Program-made: the position numbers and the translations under genes
Notes under the pieces: model-generated
The model's input: the letters and a program-made list of their open reading frames with translations, nothing else
Told to the model about the DNA's origin: nothing
Databases searched by the model: none
From: a candidate division FCPU426 bacterium
Lineage (GTDB): Bacteria; Oederibacteriota; Muellerivitia; Muellerivitales; Muellerivitaceae
Direction of reading: 5' to 3'
Length of the DNA stretch: 20,015 nt
NCBI GenBank assembly: GCA_963830915.1
Contig: CAWHOE010000078.1
Location: 1-20,015, forward strand
In this document: in pieces, positions 6,900 to 15,842 of the stretch
How positions within the stretch are numbered: position 1 is the first letter of the stretch
Layout: each line of letters starts with the position of its first letter

Positions 6900-8974
6900 T
6901 TACAACTTGCAGCTAAGCGATCCCCAGACCATCAATCCGTCCTGGATCATGTTCTCCGCCGAGGTGAAGTTGACCGGGACCGAGTAGGCCGTGTCGAACA
7001 GGTTGTAGACGGCGAAGTTGGCGTCCAGCCCGTCCAGGAACAACCCCTGGGAAGAGACCTTCAGATTGACCAGGGCGTAAGGGCTGTTGGCGTCCCCGGC
7101 GTAGCCCAGGCTGGTTCCGCTATATTGCAGTTCCCCCGCCACGGAAAGATGGGCGATGACCGGCACCTGCAGGCTGGCCTTGGCCAGCACCTGGGGCGAG
7201 TCGCTCAGCCAGTCGCCGGTCGCGTCGTCCTGCGCCCTCTGGTAGGTGTAGCTCAGACGTCCCAAGACCCCGTCGGACGTGTGGATCTGGTACTCGGCCC
7301 CGATGCCGTTGGCCGAGGCCTTGTTCAGGTTCTGGAAATCGTACAGGCCCGTCTTCGTGTCCAGCGCGTTGACGATCAGGTTCTGGGCGGTGTAGCGGAA
7401 CAGGGACAGGGAGAACTGGTGGATCTTCCCGAAGGCCTGGTCCCACTCGAAGTCGTAGGTCTGGACCGTCTCGGGGGTCAGGGAGGTATTGGCCTCCTCG
7501 TAATTGGGGAAGCTGTAATAAAGCTCGTAGGCGTTGGGGGCCCGGAAGGCGCTTCCCGCCATCACCTTCAGCGAGCTGGTGGCGGTAGGCTCCCAGATCA
7601 AAGCCGCCCGGGGATTGAACTGCCCTCCCGAGGTGGAGTAGTCGTCGTAACGGCACCCCGCGGTCAGATGAAGCCCCTCGGTGAAGGCGACCTCGTCCTG
7701 GGCGTAGAGGGCCCAGACCGTGGATTGGCGGTTATCGTCCAGGTAATTCCCTGTCACGTCGTAATTGGCCTGGTACAACTGGAAGTTGTCGCGGAATTCC
7801 CCGCCCAGGCTTAGCTTGTTGGACTCGATGGTCTTGATGACCGCCTGCATATCCGCCCCGCACCAGGTGCCGGTAGAGGTGTCATAGTTGATGTAACGGG
7901 CCGGGCCGGGGGGACCGGCATAGGCCGAATCGGCGACATAATAGGAATAGTCCACCGAGGCGTGGCCTAACAGTTCCAGGTCTTTCCCCTCGTTGTGCTG
8001 GTACATGATCTCGCCGTAGGTCCGGCGCAGGTCCACCGTGTTGCCCGGGTCGTTGAAGATGACCCCGTCCTGCACCGGAATGGTCTTGAGCCGGTCGTAG
8101 AAGGCGCCCCTTAAGGTCCAGTCGCCCGTTCCTAGGGAAAGGTAGGCGTGCTCAGCCTGCTCGGCGTCCACATTCTGGGCCAGGCCGTTGTTGTCCGCCG
8201 GGATGCCGTCGTCATAGTAGGGGAAATAGAGGCTGGAATGTCCTGCGCTTCCGTAATAGGAGCCTTCCGCTAGCCAATGGAATCCCGAGTCGGTCGTACC
8301 TCCGTAGCTGGCCGCTTCCTTCACCGATCCCAGGCTTCCGCCCTGGCTAGTCAGGGTCAATCCGTCCGCAGCCTTGCCCTGCTTGGTGATGACGTTGATG
8401 ACGGCGAAGAAGGCACTGCTGCCGTAGAGGGCCGAACCAGGCCCGCGGATGATCTCCACCCTATCCACCATCCCCATGTCCACCATGTCATCCTGGCCGG
8501 TCATGAAGGAATCATAGACTGCGTCGTTGATCCGGTGACCGTCCACCAACAACAGGATGCGGTTGTTGTAGCCCCCCAGGCTCCCGAAACCTCGCACGCC
8601 GATGTAGCTGTAACTGCGGTCATCGGTAATGTAAAAGTCGCGCACTGAGCGCAACAGGTCGTTCATGGTGCGATAGCCCTGGACCTGTATCTCCTGGGAG
8701 GTGATGATGGTGATGTTGGCCGGGGCCTCGCTGGCTTTTTGTTCCGACTTGGACGCCGCGAAAACCACCTGAACATTCAGGAGTTGTTCCATGGTCATAC
8801 CGGTTAGGTCCGCCTCGCTTTTGGGTTGGACGACTGTCGGCGTGGCCTCCGGGTTCATGGCGTTCTTGACCTGGCTGTCCGCGTCGGAGGAAGCTCGGAC
8901 AAAAGCGGGAAACTAAGCAGGACGAGAAAAGCCGTTCCGAGGAATGAAACTTTGATAGTGTTCGCTATGGACAT
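6900..8974 (-). CDS. TonB-dependent outer-membrane receptor (plug + beta-barrel), with a 1-nt frameshift near 8907-8912
   Basis: Plug motifs 'ASKSEQKASEAPANITIIT', 'IGVRGF', 'RVEIIRGPGSALYGSSAFFAVINVITK'; barrel motifs 'AFRAPNAYELY', 'LTPE', 'VYNLFD'. The track ORF (6900-8858) lacks a signal peptide. ATG 8974 with a GGGAGG RBS gives MSIANTIKVSFLGTAFLVLLSF.. and joins in frame if one base is added. Confidence 0.93.
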
Positions 8975-9185
8975 GAAAAACCTCCCATTGACAGGACTAA
9001 TAGATATGAAACAAATAAGGGAATCCCTTGGTTAAAGGGCAACCCAGCTTCCCTGAACTTCCAGGTCATTTTATGCCTCATAGGAACCAAGGCCAAACTA
9101 TTTAATGCCCCAGCGGATTTCCCATTGGGAACGGCCTTATGCCAGTCCCCAGCTTATAATGGCCTTACCTTAAAGGACTTTGACT

Positions 9186-9581
9186 ATGGACACACAATTG
9201 GAGATCCGTACTTCCCAACCAGGCTGGCTGGCCCTATTGGCCAAGGCCTACCACGACCGCACCCCTACCCTGCTCATCGATGACGCCAACGTGGGCATCG
9301 ACCCCTCCCATCAATCCTTATTGGACATGGGCCGCAAAGCCAAGTTGTCCAAGGCGGAACTCGCGGGTGTTTGTGTCGCAGTGGGGATGACCGCCGCCGG
9401 GGTGGGATTCGTCGTTCTGGCCTTCCTCGATCCCGAGCCCACGACCAAGCTCGGCCTTCTCATTGTCGCCGGCGCGGTCCTGGCCCTGACCGGCGGCCAC
9501 TCGGCCATCCACATCCTGACGAAGGTCAAACCCCCGAACATCAGGGTGACCAAGAACGGCATCGAGATCTGGCATGATTAA
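9186..9581 (+). CDS. Hypothetical membrane protein (two hydrophobic helices around a DPEPT turn)
   Basis: AAAGGA RBS at ~9172, GC-rich third codon positions, hairpin-like TM pair. Confidence 0.75.
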   Translation: MDTQLEIRTSQPGWLALLAKAYHDRTPTLLIDDANVGIDPSHQSLLDMGRKAKLSKAELAGVCVAVGMTAAGVGFVVLAFLDPEPTTKLGLLIVAGAVLALTGGHSAIHILTKVKPPNIRVTKNGIEIWHD

Positions 9582-9715
9582 CACATAGTGGTATTGTGTT
9601 ATTTTTTCCGGCCCTGTAAGAAAAAAATTCTCGAAAAATTCCACGTTTCACGCCAAACAATTTGTCGCTGATTTATTTCGTGCCAACATAATTTTATTGG
9701 CATCAAGTCCGCCAC

Positions 9716-9743
9716 TGGATTCCCCCGCCGAGGCTCGTATAAT
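9716..9743 (+). promoter_or_regulatory. Putative sigma70-type promoter
   Basis: Perfect TATAAT at 9738-9743 and a weak -35 TGGATT 16 nt upstream, after an AT-rich tract. Confidence 0.4.
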
Positions 9744-9770
9744 TATTTCATTGCCTCGCGAGGTGAAAAC

Positions 9771-9836
9771 ATGACGAACGAACATTATCCGCTTTACCAT
9801 TCTTCCTTCACGTTTCTCTTCCAAACACCACCCTGA
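9771..9836 (+). CDS. Putative 21-aa small ORF / leader peptide MTNEHYPLYHSSFTFLFQTPP
   Basis: GAGGTG Shine-Dalgarno 5 nt before the ATG, just downstream of TATAAT. Too short to confirm as coding. Confidence 0.35.
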   Translation: MTNEHYPLYHSSFTFLFQTPP

Positions 9837-9935
9837 ACAAAATCAATATTTAAGTAAACATCAACCATCTTCATTGAGGCCTCAGGCCGAGATGAGAGGT
9901 TTGATGGTGCCAGCCCAAATATAAGGGCTGGTAGA

Positions 9936-10015
9936 CCTTCGCCGTCCCTGTCCCAACGGCCGCAGAAAGGAAGGGAACCCCCGGACAACACTCACTTTTA
10001 TGAAAGGAACGATGA
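9936..10015 (+). repeat. Conserved 80-nt 5' leader, copy 1 (candidate structured cis-regulatory RNA)
   Basis: 71/80 identical without gaps to 11018-11097 by hand alignment; it includes the AAAGGA RBS of the downstream gene. Confidence 0.85.
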
Positions 10016-10019
10016 GATC

Positions 10020-10941
10020 ATGGAAATCAAGCTGAGCGACGTCGGTAAATTAGTGGTACTCCCCATCAAGGAAAGCTGGGGACCCGGCAAGATCATGAAG
10101 ATCGAGGCTGGCTACGCCTTCATCCGTTTCCGTGACGACGGGGACAAGATGATGAAAAAATACACCATCGGCAACAATCCCCTGAAATGGGCCCCCGAAC
10201 AGAGCGACTCGGAGCTGGACGAGATTTCCTCCCAGCCCGCCAAACGCCGCAAGGGCCCCGCTCCCGTCGCCCACCTGACCCTCGCCCAGGCCCTGGAATT
10301 CTTCACGGCCAAATATCCCCAGGGTTTCACCGACCCCGCCTATCTGGGCAACGTCCTGAAGGACGAGAAGGGCCATCACGATTTCCTGAGCCATTTGTAT
10401 AAGGACGCCTTCGGGGATGGCCGGTTGGAGACCCTGCTGGACAACCGCGACTACGACACCCTCTCCGGCAAGGCCCTCACACTTCTGACCGCCCAGGACC
10501 TGCTGGGGCGGGACGACCTGAAGGCCTTCCGGGATTCTGCTATCCAACCATTCGGCCACCATGGTCTATTTCGAGGCCTTGAACAAGGTCCTGAAGGATT
10601 GGCACGTCATCCACGATACTCTTCACCCCTATTTCGAGACGGTCATGGCCAGCCCGGTCAAGGGTTTCGCCAACTGGCCCAACGCTACGCTGTTCCTTTA
10701 TATGTCCCAGCCCAACCGCTTCATGTTCCTAAAGCCCAAGACCATCAAGAACTTCGCTTCAGCCATGGGCATCAATCTTCTATATGAGACCAAGCTCAAC
10801 TGGCGGACCTACCATTCGCTACTGATGCTGGGGGAGGACGTGCTGGAAAAGACCAGACCATTGGGGTCCAAGGATCACCGGGATGTCCAGGCCTTCATCA
10901 CGGTCGTGATGGAATCAGCAAAAACTAGTACGACTGTTTAA
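10020..10941 (+). CDS. DUF3553-like domain protein, paralogue 1, split by a +1 frameshift at GGG 10531-10533
   Basis: Track ORFs 10020-10787 and 10561-10941 together align end to end with 11100-12011. Removing one G gives FRILLSNHSATMVYF versus FKALLADHSATMVYF in the paralogue. The SH3-like N-terminus 'WGPGKIMKIE' and 'YPQGF.DPAYL', 'FLKP' and 'NW.TY..LL' resemble long DUF3553 proteins. Confidence 0.75.
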
Positions 10942-10950
10942 GGAGAATAA

Positions 10951-10987
10951 GGGGGCGGTGTCGGTGCGATCGACCCGATGCCGCCTC
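10951..10987 (+). other. GC-rich stem-loop between the two paralogues (no U-tract)
   Basis: GGGGCGGTGTCGG pairs with CCGATGCCGCCTC, including G-U pairs. Confidence 0.55.
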
Positions 10988-11017
10988 TCTCCTGAGGAAA
11001 TATTAATTTATATATAG

Positions 11018-11097
11018 CCTTCGCCGTCCCTGTCCCAGCGGCCGCGGAGAGGAAGGTAACCTTCGGACATCACTCACCTTTTTGAAAGGAACGATGA
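11018..11097 (+). repeat. Conserved 80-nt 5' leader, copy 2
   Basis: Direct repeat of 9936-10015, preceded by an AT-rich tract (11001-11016). Confidence 0.85.
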
Positions 11098-11099
11098 CC

Positions 11100-12011
11100 A
11101 TGGAAATCAAGCTGAACGACGTCGGTAAGATCGTGGAACTCCCCATCAAGGAAGCCTGGGGGCCTGGCAAGATCATGAAGATCGAGAATGGCTACGCCTT
11201 CATCCGCTTCCGGGATGACGGGGACAAGATGATGAAAAAATATGCCATTGGGGACAACCCCCTGAGATGGGCCGCGGAGCAATCCGACTCCTCATTCGAC
11301 AACCTTGCCGCGCCGGCCAAGAAACGCCGGGCACCGGCCCCCCATCTGACCCTTGCCCAAGCCTTGGGATCCTTCACCGCCAAATATCCCCAGGGTTTCA
11401 TCGACCCGGCCTATCTGGGCAGCGGACTTCAGGGGGATAAGAACCAGCGCGATCACCTGACCCGCTTGTTCCAGGATTCCTTCGGGGACGGCCAGCTGGA
11501 GACCATGATCAACAACCGTTCCTTCGACATGATCTCGGGCCGGGCCCTCTCGTTCCTGTCGGCCCAGAAGCTTTTGGGCCGGGATGAATTGAACGCTTTC
11601 AAGGCCCTCTTGGCCGACCACTCGGCCACCATGGTCTATTTCGATGCGCTGAACAAGCTCTTGAAGGATGGGACCCTGCTTTACGACAGTATGCAGCCCT
11701 ACTTCGAGACGGTCCTGTCCAGCCCGATCAAGGGTTTTGCCAAGTGGCCCAACGCCACCCTGCTTCCCTTCCTGGCCCAGCCCTACCGGTTCATGTTCCT
11801 GAAGCCCAGCGTCCTGAAAAGCTTCGCCTCGGCCATGGATGTCAACTTCCTCTATGAACCGAAGTTGAGCTGGAGGATCTATCATTCGCTGTTGGTGTTA
11901 AGCGAGGAAGTCTTGCAAAAGACCAAGCCCCTGGGTTCGAAGGATTACCTGGATGTGCAGGCCTTCATCACGGTCGTGATGGAAGTTTCGAAAACAACAG
12001 CGAGCGCTTAA
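11100..12011 (+). CDS. DUF3553-like domain protein, paralogue 2 (intact)
   Basis: Intact ORF clearly paralogous to 10020-10941. AAAGGA RBS; alternative ATG at 11094. Confidence 0.85.
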   Translation: MEIKLNDVGKIVELPIKEAWGPGKIMKIENGYAFIRFRDDGDKMMKKYAIGDNPLRWAAEQSDSSFDNLAAPAKKRRAPAPHLTLAQALGSFTAKYPQGFIDPAYLGSGLQGDKNQRDHLTRLFQDSFGDGQLETMINNRSFDMISGRALSFLSAQKLLGRDELNAFKALLADHSATMVYFDALNKLLKDGTLLYDSMQPYFETVLSSPIKGFAKWPNATLLPFLAQPYRFMFLKPSVLKSFASAMDVNFLYEPKLSWRIYHSLLVLSEEVLQKTKPLGSKDYLDVQAFITVVMEVSKTTASA

Positions 12012-12027
12012 AAGAAGGTTTATGGCG

Positions 12028-12062
12028 CGTCGCTAATTCGTTCGAATTAGCGACGTTTTTTT
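12028..12062 (+). terminator. Rho-independent terminator
   Basis: Perfect inverted repeat CGTCGCTAATTCG/CGAATTAGCGACG followed by T7, 16 nt after the stop codon. Confidence 0.9.
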
Positions 12063-12113
12063 ATGTCAACTGAGGGTGGTATACTTTCGCCATCAAAGGT
12101 CTGGGAGCGTTCA

Positions 12114-12470
12114 ATGTCCGAATGGCTATTCAATAGCAAAGGCACACCCTGTCTCATCCTGGACGGGATTTACATCCGCAATGACCACGGCTATGTGGCC
12201 AGCTGGATCTTCGGCCCCAACGTCCATTCTTCCAAAGGAGAGCATATCGGCTGGGTCGAGGGAGGGGTCTTCTACGACATCCAGAACCGCCCCATCCTTT
12301 TCACCCGCAACCACACCGCCTACCTGCCCACCAAGCCTGGCCTCACCGGCACCCGCAGTATGCCCGGCTTCGCCAGCCCGCCAGGCCGCCCCGGCGTCAT
12401 CGGCACCAAGGGAAGGCCGGGTCTCAGCCAAAGTTGGTCCACTTATAACCCGCCTGATTATTTTAAGTGA
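12114..12470 (+). CDS. 4-fold beta-flower-like domain protein
   Basis: Repeating 'LFNSKG.P', 'IRNDHG.VASW', 'VHSSKGEHIGW', 'FYDIQN.P' units plus a Pro/Gly tail ending 'WS'. GGGAG RBS and TGgTATACT extended -10 at ~12077-12085. Confidence 0.7.
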   Translation: MSEWLFNSKGTPCLILDGIYIRNDHGYVASWIFGPNVHSSKGEHIGWVEGGVFYDIQNRPILFTRNHTAYLPTKPGLTGTRSMPGFASPPGRPGVIGTKGRPGLSQSWSTYNPPDYFK

Positions 12471-12557
12471 ATGTTCTTCTCCAACTTTGCCAATCGCAAA
12501 TATGGAAAATGTGCTGATTTATCAATGAAATTGAATATTAAAAACCGTTACTAGTTC

Positions 12558-12809
12558 TTACCTACGGCCCGAACCACCCCGGCCGCCATCCCTCTGCTTT
12601 TTATTCTGGTCAGCCCGGTTGAAGCCCGCGAAGCGGTTCCATCCGCCTGGGGTTTTCCCCGTCGTTTTTGGCAATTCGCCCTTAACGGTTTCGGCTGGCG
12701 CGGGAGCGGCAGCTACCACCGGCGTAGCCCCTGGGACTGGTGTCACTTCCGGAACGCTCGCCACTGGAGCTGGTGTTGTTTCCGGAGTGTTGCTATTCAC
12801 TGTATCCAT
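12558..12809 (-). CDS. Small hypothetical disordered protein (Pro/Ala/Thr-rich, basic RGG tail)
   Basis: AAAGGA RBS before the ATG; 83 aa. Confidence 0.6.
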   Translation of the reverse strand: MDTVNSNTPETTPAPVASVPEVTPVPGATPVVAAAPAPAETVKGELPKTTGKTPGGWNRFAGFNRADQNKKQRDGGRGGSGRR

Positions 12810-13001
12810 TGTTATTTCCTTTTGGCCTCATTGGCCCTGTAGTCGCAAAACGGCCTATACGTTATGCCTTTAAGGGGGAAAAAGATAGAGATTCTTATTG
12901 GAAAACGGAGGCTAATCCCAAACCGCTCTTCCTCGAAAACCGCATGGCGTGCTATCCCCACATCTTTAAACAGCCTTAGGTTAGTACTCATAATATGGGT
13001 T

Positions 13002-13340
13002 TTAAAAAAATGATTTTCCCAGTTCGTACAAACCGCCTAACAACAGCAAAAGCCCGAAAATTCCCACATACCAAACGATGTAAGGTACCCCATCTTTGGT
13101 ATTCCGGCTCCAATTCTTGATGTTCGTCTTCATCAATACGTTGGCCAGATCGACCCTGAAAAAAATGATGACCAGCCCCGAAACCAGCATCAAAAAAGCG
13201 ATGGTGCGGGTGTCCTGGTCCGGGATGGGGGATGAGTCGGCCTGGGCAAAGACCGGCATGAACGAATAAAGAATGGCGAGAAGCATGAACAATGAATAGA
13301 AATTGAGGATCCGACAAGGCGCCGACAAATATTTTTTCAT
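13002..13340 (-). CDS. Hypothetical membrane protein
   Basis: Signal-like hydrophobic segment ending AQA plus two TM segments. Start uncertain; the track gives 13412. Confidence 0.55.
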   Translation of the reverse strand: MKKYLSAPCRILNFYSLFMLLAILYSFMPVFAQADSSPIPDQDTRTIAFLMLVSGLVIIFFRVDLANVLMKTNIKNWSRNTKDGVPYIVWYVGIFGLLLLLGGLYELGKSFF

Positions 13341-13534
13341 AAAACGACCTTTGAAATTTGATTTCCCCATTTTAGACCCTCTGGGGGACTTGGCGCGGAC
13401 AATTACCTTCATGAATCATGGTAAATCGAAGGAAAGGATGGGATTGAGCATATCAAACTCGGAATATCCCTTGGCGTTCCAAGCTTAAGGCGCGCGTAAA
13501 CCAGTAGGCCTTCGCGCGCTATATCGCTTTTTGA

Positions 13535-15478
13535 TCAGGGATAAACTTGCCAGCGGATGGTATCCACACTGGTGGGTGAGTTGGTGTTCACCAGCGTGTA
13601 GAGGATGTGTCCGCCTGAGGAATAGCCCACCCAGACGATGGACTGGTAGACGCTCAGGCCCAGGTTGTAGCTGGTGGCCAGAGTGTGGGACGAGACGTTG
13701 TAAACCTGGATGGTCCCGCCGGTCGCGGTCAGGTACAAGGAGCTATCCGGGCTGAAAGCGCCCCCCAGTCCCCCCACACCATAATAGATGCCGCCGGAAG
13801 CCCAGGTGCCCTGGGTAGTGGCGGAAATACTGGCTGGGTTGTAATCCACGATCCCTACTCCGCCCTCCATGACCCCCAGGTGATTTCCATCCGGGGACAT
13901 GGCCACACCCTGGATGAGGTTGGCGGTGTTATAAGTCAGGCTGGGAGTTGGATTCAGGCTCGGGGAGGCGCTGTTATAAGGGTATGTAGTGATGTTGGCC
14001 GGGTTTTGGTCGAGCTGACTCACGATAAGCTGTTTCCTCACCGAGTCATAGGTAACATAACCCTGGGGGATACCATAGGCCGAAAGCCCTCCCGGCGCCA
14101 AATAGACCTTGATCAAGGACCCGTTGGTCCCGTCCACCAAGGCGAGGGGCTGGTTCCACCAGACATCCGAACCTGACTCCGCCAGTTCCGCGAAAACCTT
14201 TCCGTCCGGAGTGAGCGATAGAAGGGTCGCGGGATCATTATTGGGATTGTTCACCGCGTCCGTCAGGGAAATGTTCACGACCGCCCCTGTGGCCACGTTC
14301 ACCCGGGCCAGGGCGCAGGTGCTTTGGAGGCAGACGTAGAGATAGCTGGTCGCCGGGTCGAAGGCCATGTGGCCTGGCGCGTCGGAAAGGGTGAACTTTT
14401 GGCTGACCGCGCCGTCGCCCACGTTCATCAGGTCGACCTGCTTGTTCCCCGGGTCACCAATCAGGATCCAGCCGTTGCACAGGGGGACGAAATCCAGCGG
14501 CAAACCCGAAAGGGTCACCGTCCCGGAAGCGGGGAACCCGCTGGAGGTATTGTCCGACGAGCAAGGCAGGGTCAAGGGCAGGGGCGTGGGAGTAGAGGTA
14601 GGCGTTGGGGTGTCGGTGGGCGTGGAGGTATTGGTAGGAGTGGAAGTGACGGTCGGCGTATTGGTAACGGTGTAAGTTTTGGTGAAGGTATAGGTGTTGG
14701 TGACGGTGGGTGTGGCGGTCGGGCTGCCGGGGGTGGGTGTGAAGGTGTTCGTCCCGGTTGAGGTGGGGGTGCCGGTGGCGGTTGTGAGCGTGGTCCACAT
14801 GACGTTGCGGGCCAGGATATTGATGACCGTGCTTCCAATGGCGTAAGCCACGTTGGTATGGACGTCGGTGTTGATGTTATAGGTAGTCCCAACCGCGCTG
14901 TAGGTGGAGGCGGGGATATTGACCGGGGACTCGGCGTTGCCCGAAAGTACCCCGTCCACGAATAGGATCCCGCCCGAGTCCCATACATCCACGTAATTGT
15001 AGGTTCCCGGATAAAGCCAGCTGGAGCGGGAGCCGTCCGCGGCGTGCGTGATGCCGCCCGGGGCCGTGACCGAGGCGCTGGCGGAACCCAGGCTTGTGGA
15101 GATGTTCAAGGTGTAGACCCCATTGGGCACATAGGTCCAGGCGGCTGCGGCGGTATAAAGAGAGTAGGTGGAACTGGAAGAACTGAAGGTCATGGGCACG
15201 GACCCGCCCGGCGTGATCAGGGTCACGCCCGCCGTCGTATAAGGCAAACTGTTGACCGCCACGGTAAGATTCAAGACTTGGGCCGTCCCTATCCCTTGGT
15301 CATATTCCATGTCCAGGCTGGCGCAGACGCCGCTGACCCCGCAGGAAACGGGAGTGCCGGGGGTGGAAGTCGGAAAACCCAGACTGGGCGAGGTGACCGA
15401 GCTTTTGGAACAGGCCAACGGAAGGGTGATGGCTCCCATCAGCATGAAAATCATCAGGACATTCAGGTTCTTCTTCAT
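13535..15478 (-). CDS. Lipoprotein with Thr/Pro stalk and C-terminal YncE/lactonase-like beta-propeller
   Basis: MKKNLNVLMIFMLMGAITLPLA-C lipobox with a GAGGGA RBS; PT linker at ~14580-14790; blade motifs 'MAFDP', 'LTPDGK', 'AMSPDG', 'AFSPDS'. Confidence 0.82.
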   Translation of the reverse strand: MKKNLNVLMIFMLMGAITLPLACSKSSVTSPSLGFPTSTPGTPVSCGVSGVCASLDMEYDQGIGTAQVLNLTVAVNSLPYTTAGVTLITPGGSVPMTFSSSSSTYSLYTAAAAWTYVPNGVYTLNISTSLGSASASVTAPGGITHAADGSRSSWLYPGTYNYVDVWDSGGILFVDGVLSGNAESPVNIPASTYSAVGTTYNINTDVHTNVAYAIGSTVINILARNVMWTTLTTATGTPTSTGTNTFTPTPGSPTATPTVTNTYTFTKTYTVTNTPTVTSTPTNTSTPTDTPTPTSTPTPLPLTLPCSSDNTSSGFPASGTVTLSGLPLDFVPLCNGWILIGDPGNKQVDLMNVGDGAVSQKFTLSDAPGHMAFDPATSYLYVCLQSTCALARVNVATGAVVNISLTDAVNNPNNDPATLLSLTPDGKVFAELAESGSDVWWNQPLALVDGTNGSLIKVYLAPGGLSAYGIPQGYVTYDSVRKQLIVSQLDQNPANITTYPYNSASPSLNPTPSLTYNTANLIQGVAMSPDGNHLGVMEGGVGIVDYNPASISATTQGTWASGGIYYGVGGLGGAFSPDSSLYLTATGGTIQVYNVSSHTLATSYNLGLSVYQSIVWVGYSSGGHILYTLVNTNSPTSVDTIRWQVYP

Positions 15479-15842
15479 ACCATCTCCCTCGGTGATCAAG
15501 ATTTGATATTCCCTAAACCAGAACGCACGGACGAATTCCCCGGCCAACAGCGTCGAACGACATCGCTAATTATACCGCTCTCTCCCTTTTCTCTCACGAC
15601 TTTGGTACCCTGGTTTGAACTGCGGGAAACGCCTTGATCGTTATGAAAGATCGAAGAAGTGGGGGGGTGGTCCAACCGGCAAAAAAGGGGAAATCATCTA
15701 CATGTAAGACGTTAAATGCGACCTTTTATTCCCTTCTATAGGTAAGACCAAGCCCCACCCTTGGTTGTCCCGTTGATTCTTCTTAAAGATAGGAACTTTC
15801 GGTCCATTTAGTGACTATCAAGGTGAGATAAGAGCAGCAGGT

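Noticed and set aside
6873..7814. Long + strand ORFs opposite real genes (e.g. 6873-7814, 18217-19608, 5240-5974, 5993-6778)
   Set aside because: Antisense shadow frames expected in GC-rich coding DNA; no motifs, and the opposite strand has clear family signatures.
9936..9990. Leader as a twister or HDV-like ribozyme, or a known riboswitch
   Set aside because: The GUCCCA loop is superficially twister-like, but I could not place the conserved catalytic or ligand-binding nucleotides of any class I know.
8905..10535. The two frameshifts as phase variation or programmed frameshifting
   Set aside because: The runs are only 3 nt and there is no slippery heptamer; sequencing error is the simpler explanation.
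9936..11097. Repeat pair as a DGR template/variable repeat or mobile-element ends
   Set aside because: Only 5 of 9 mismatches are at adenines, both copies are 5' leaders, and there is no reverse transcriptase, integrase or transposase in the window.
13490..13520. GCGCGCG...CGCGCGC inverted repeat as a terminator
   Set aside because: Large loop and no convincing U-tract on the relevant strand.
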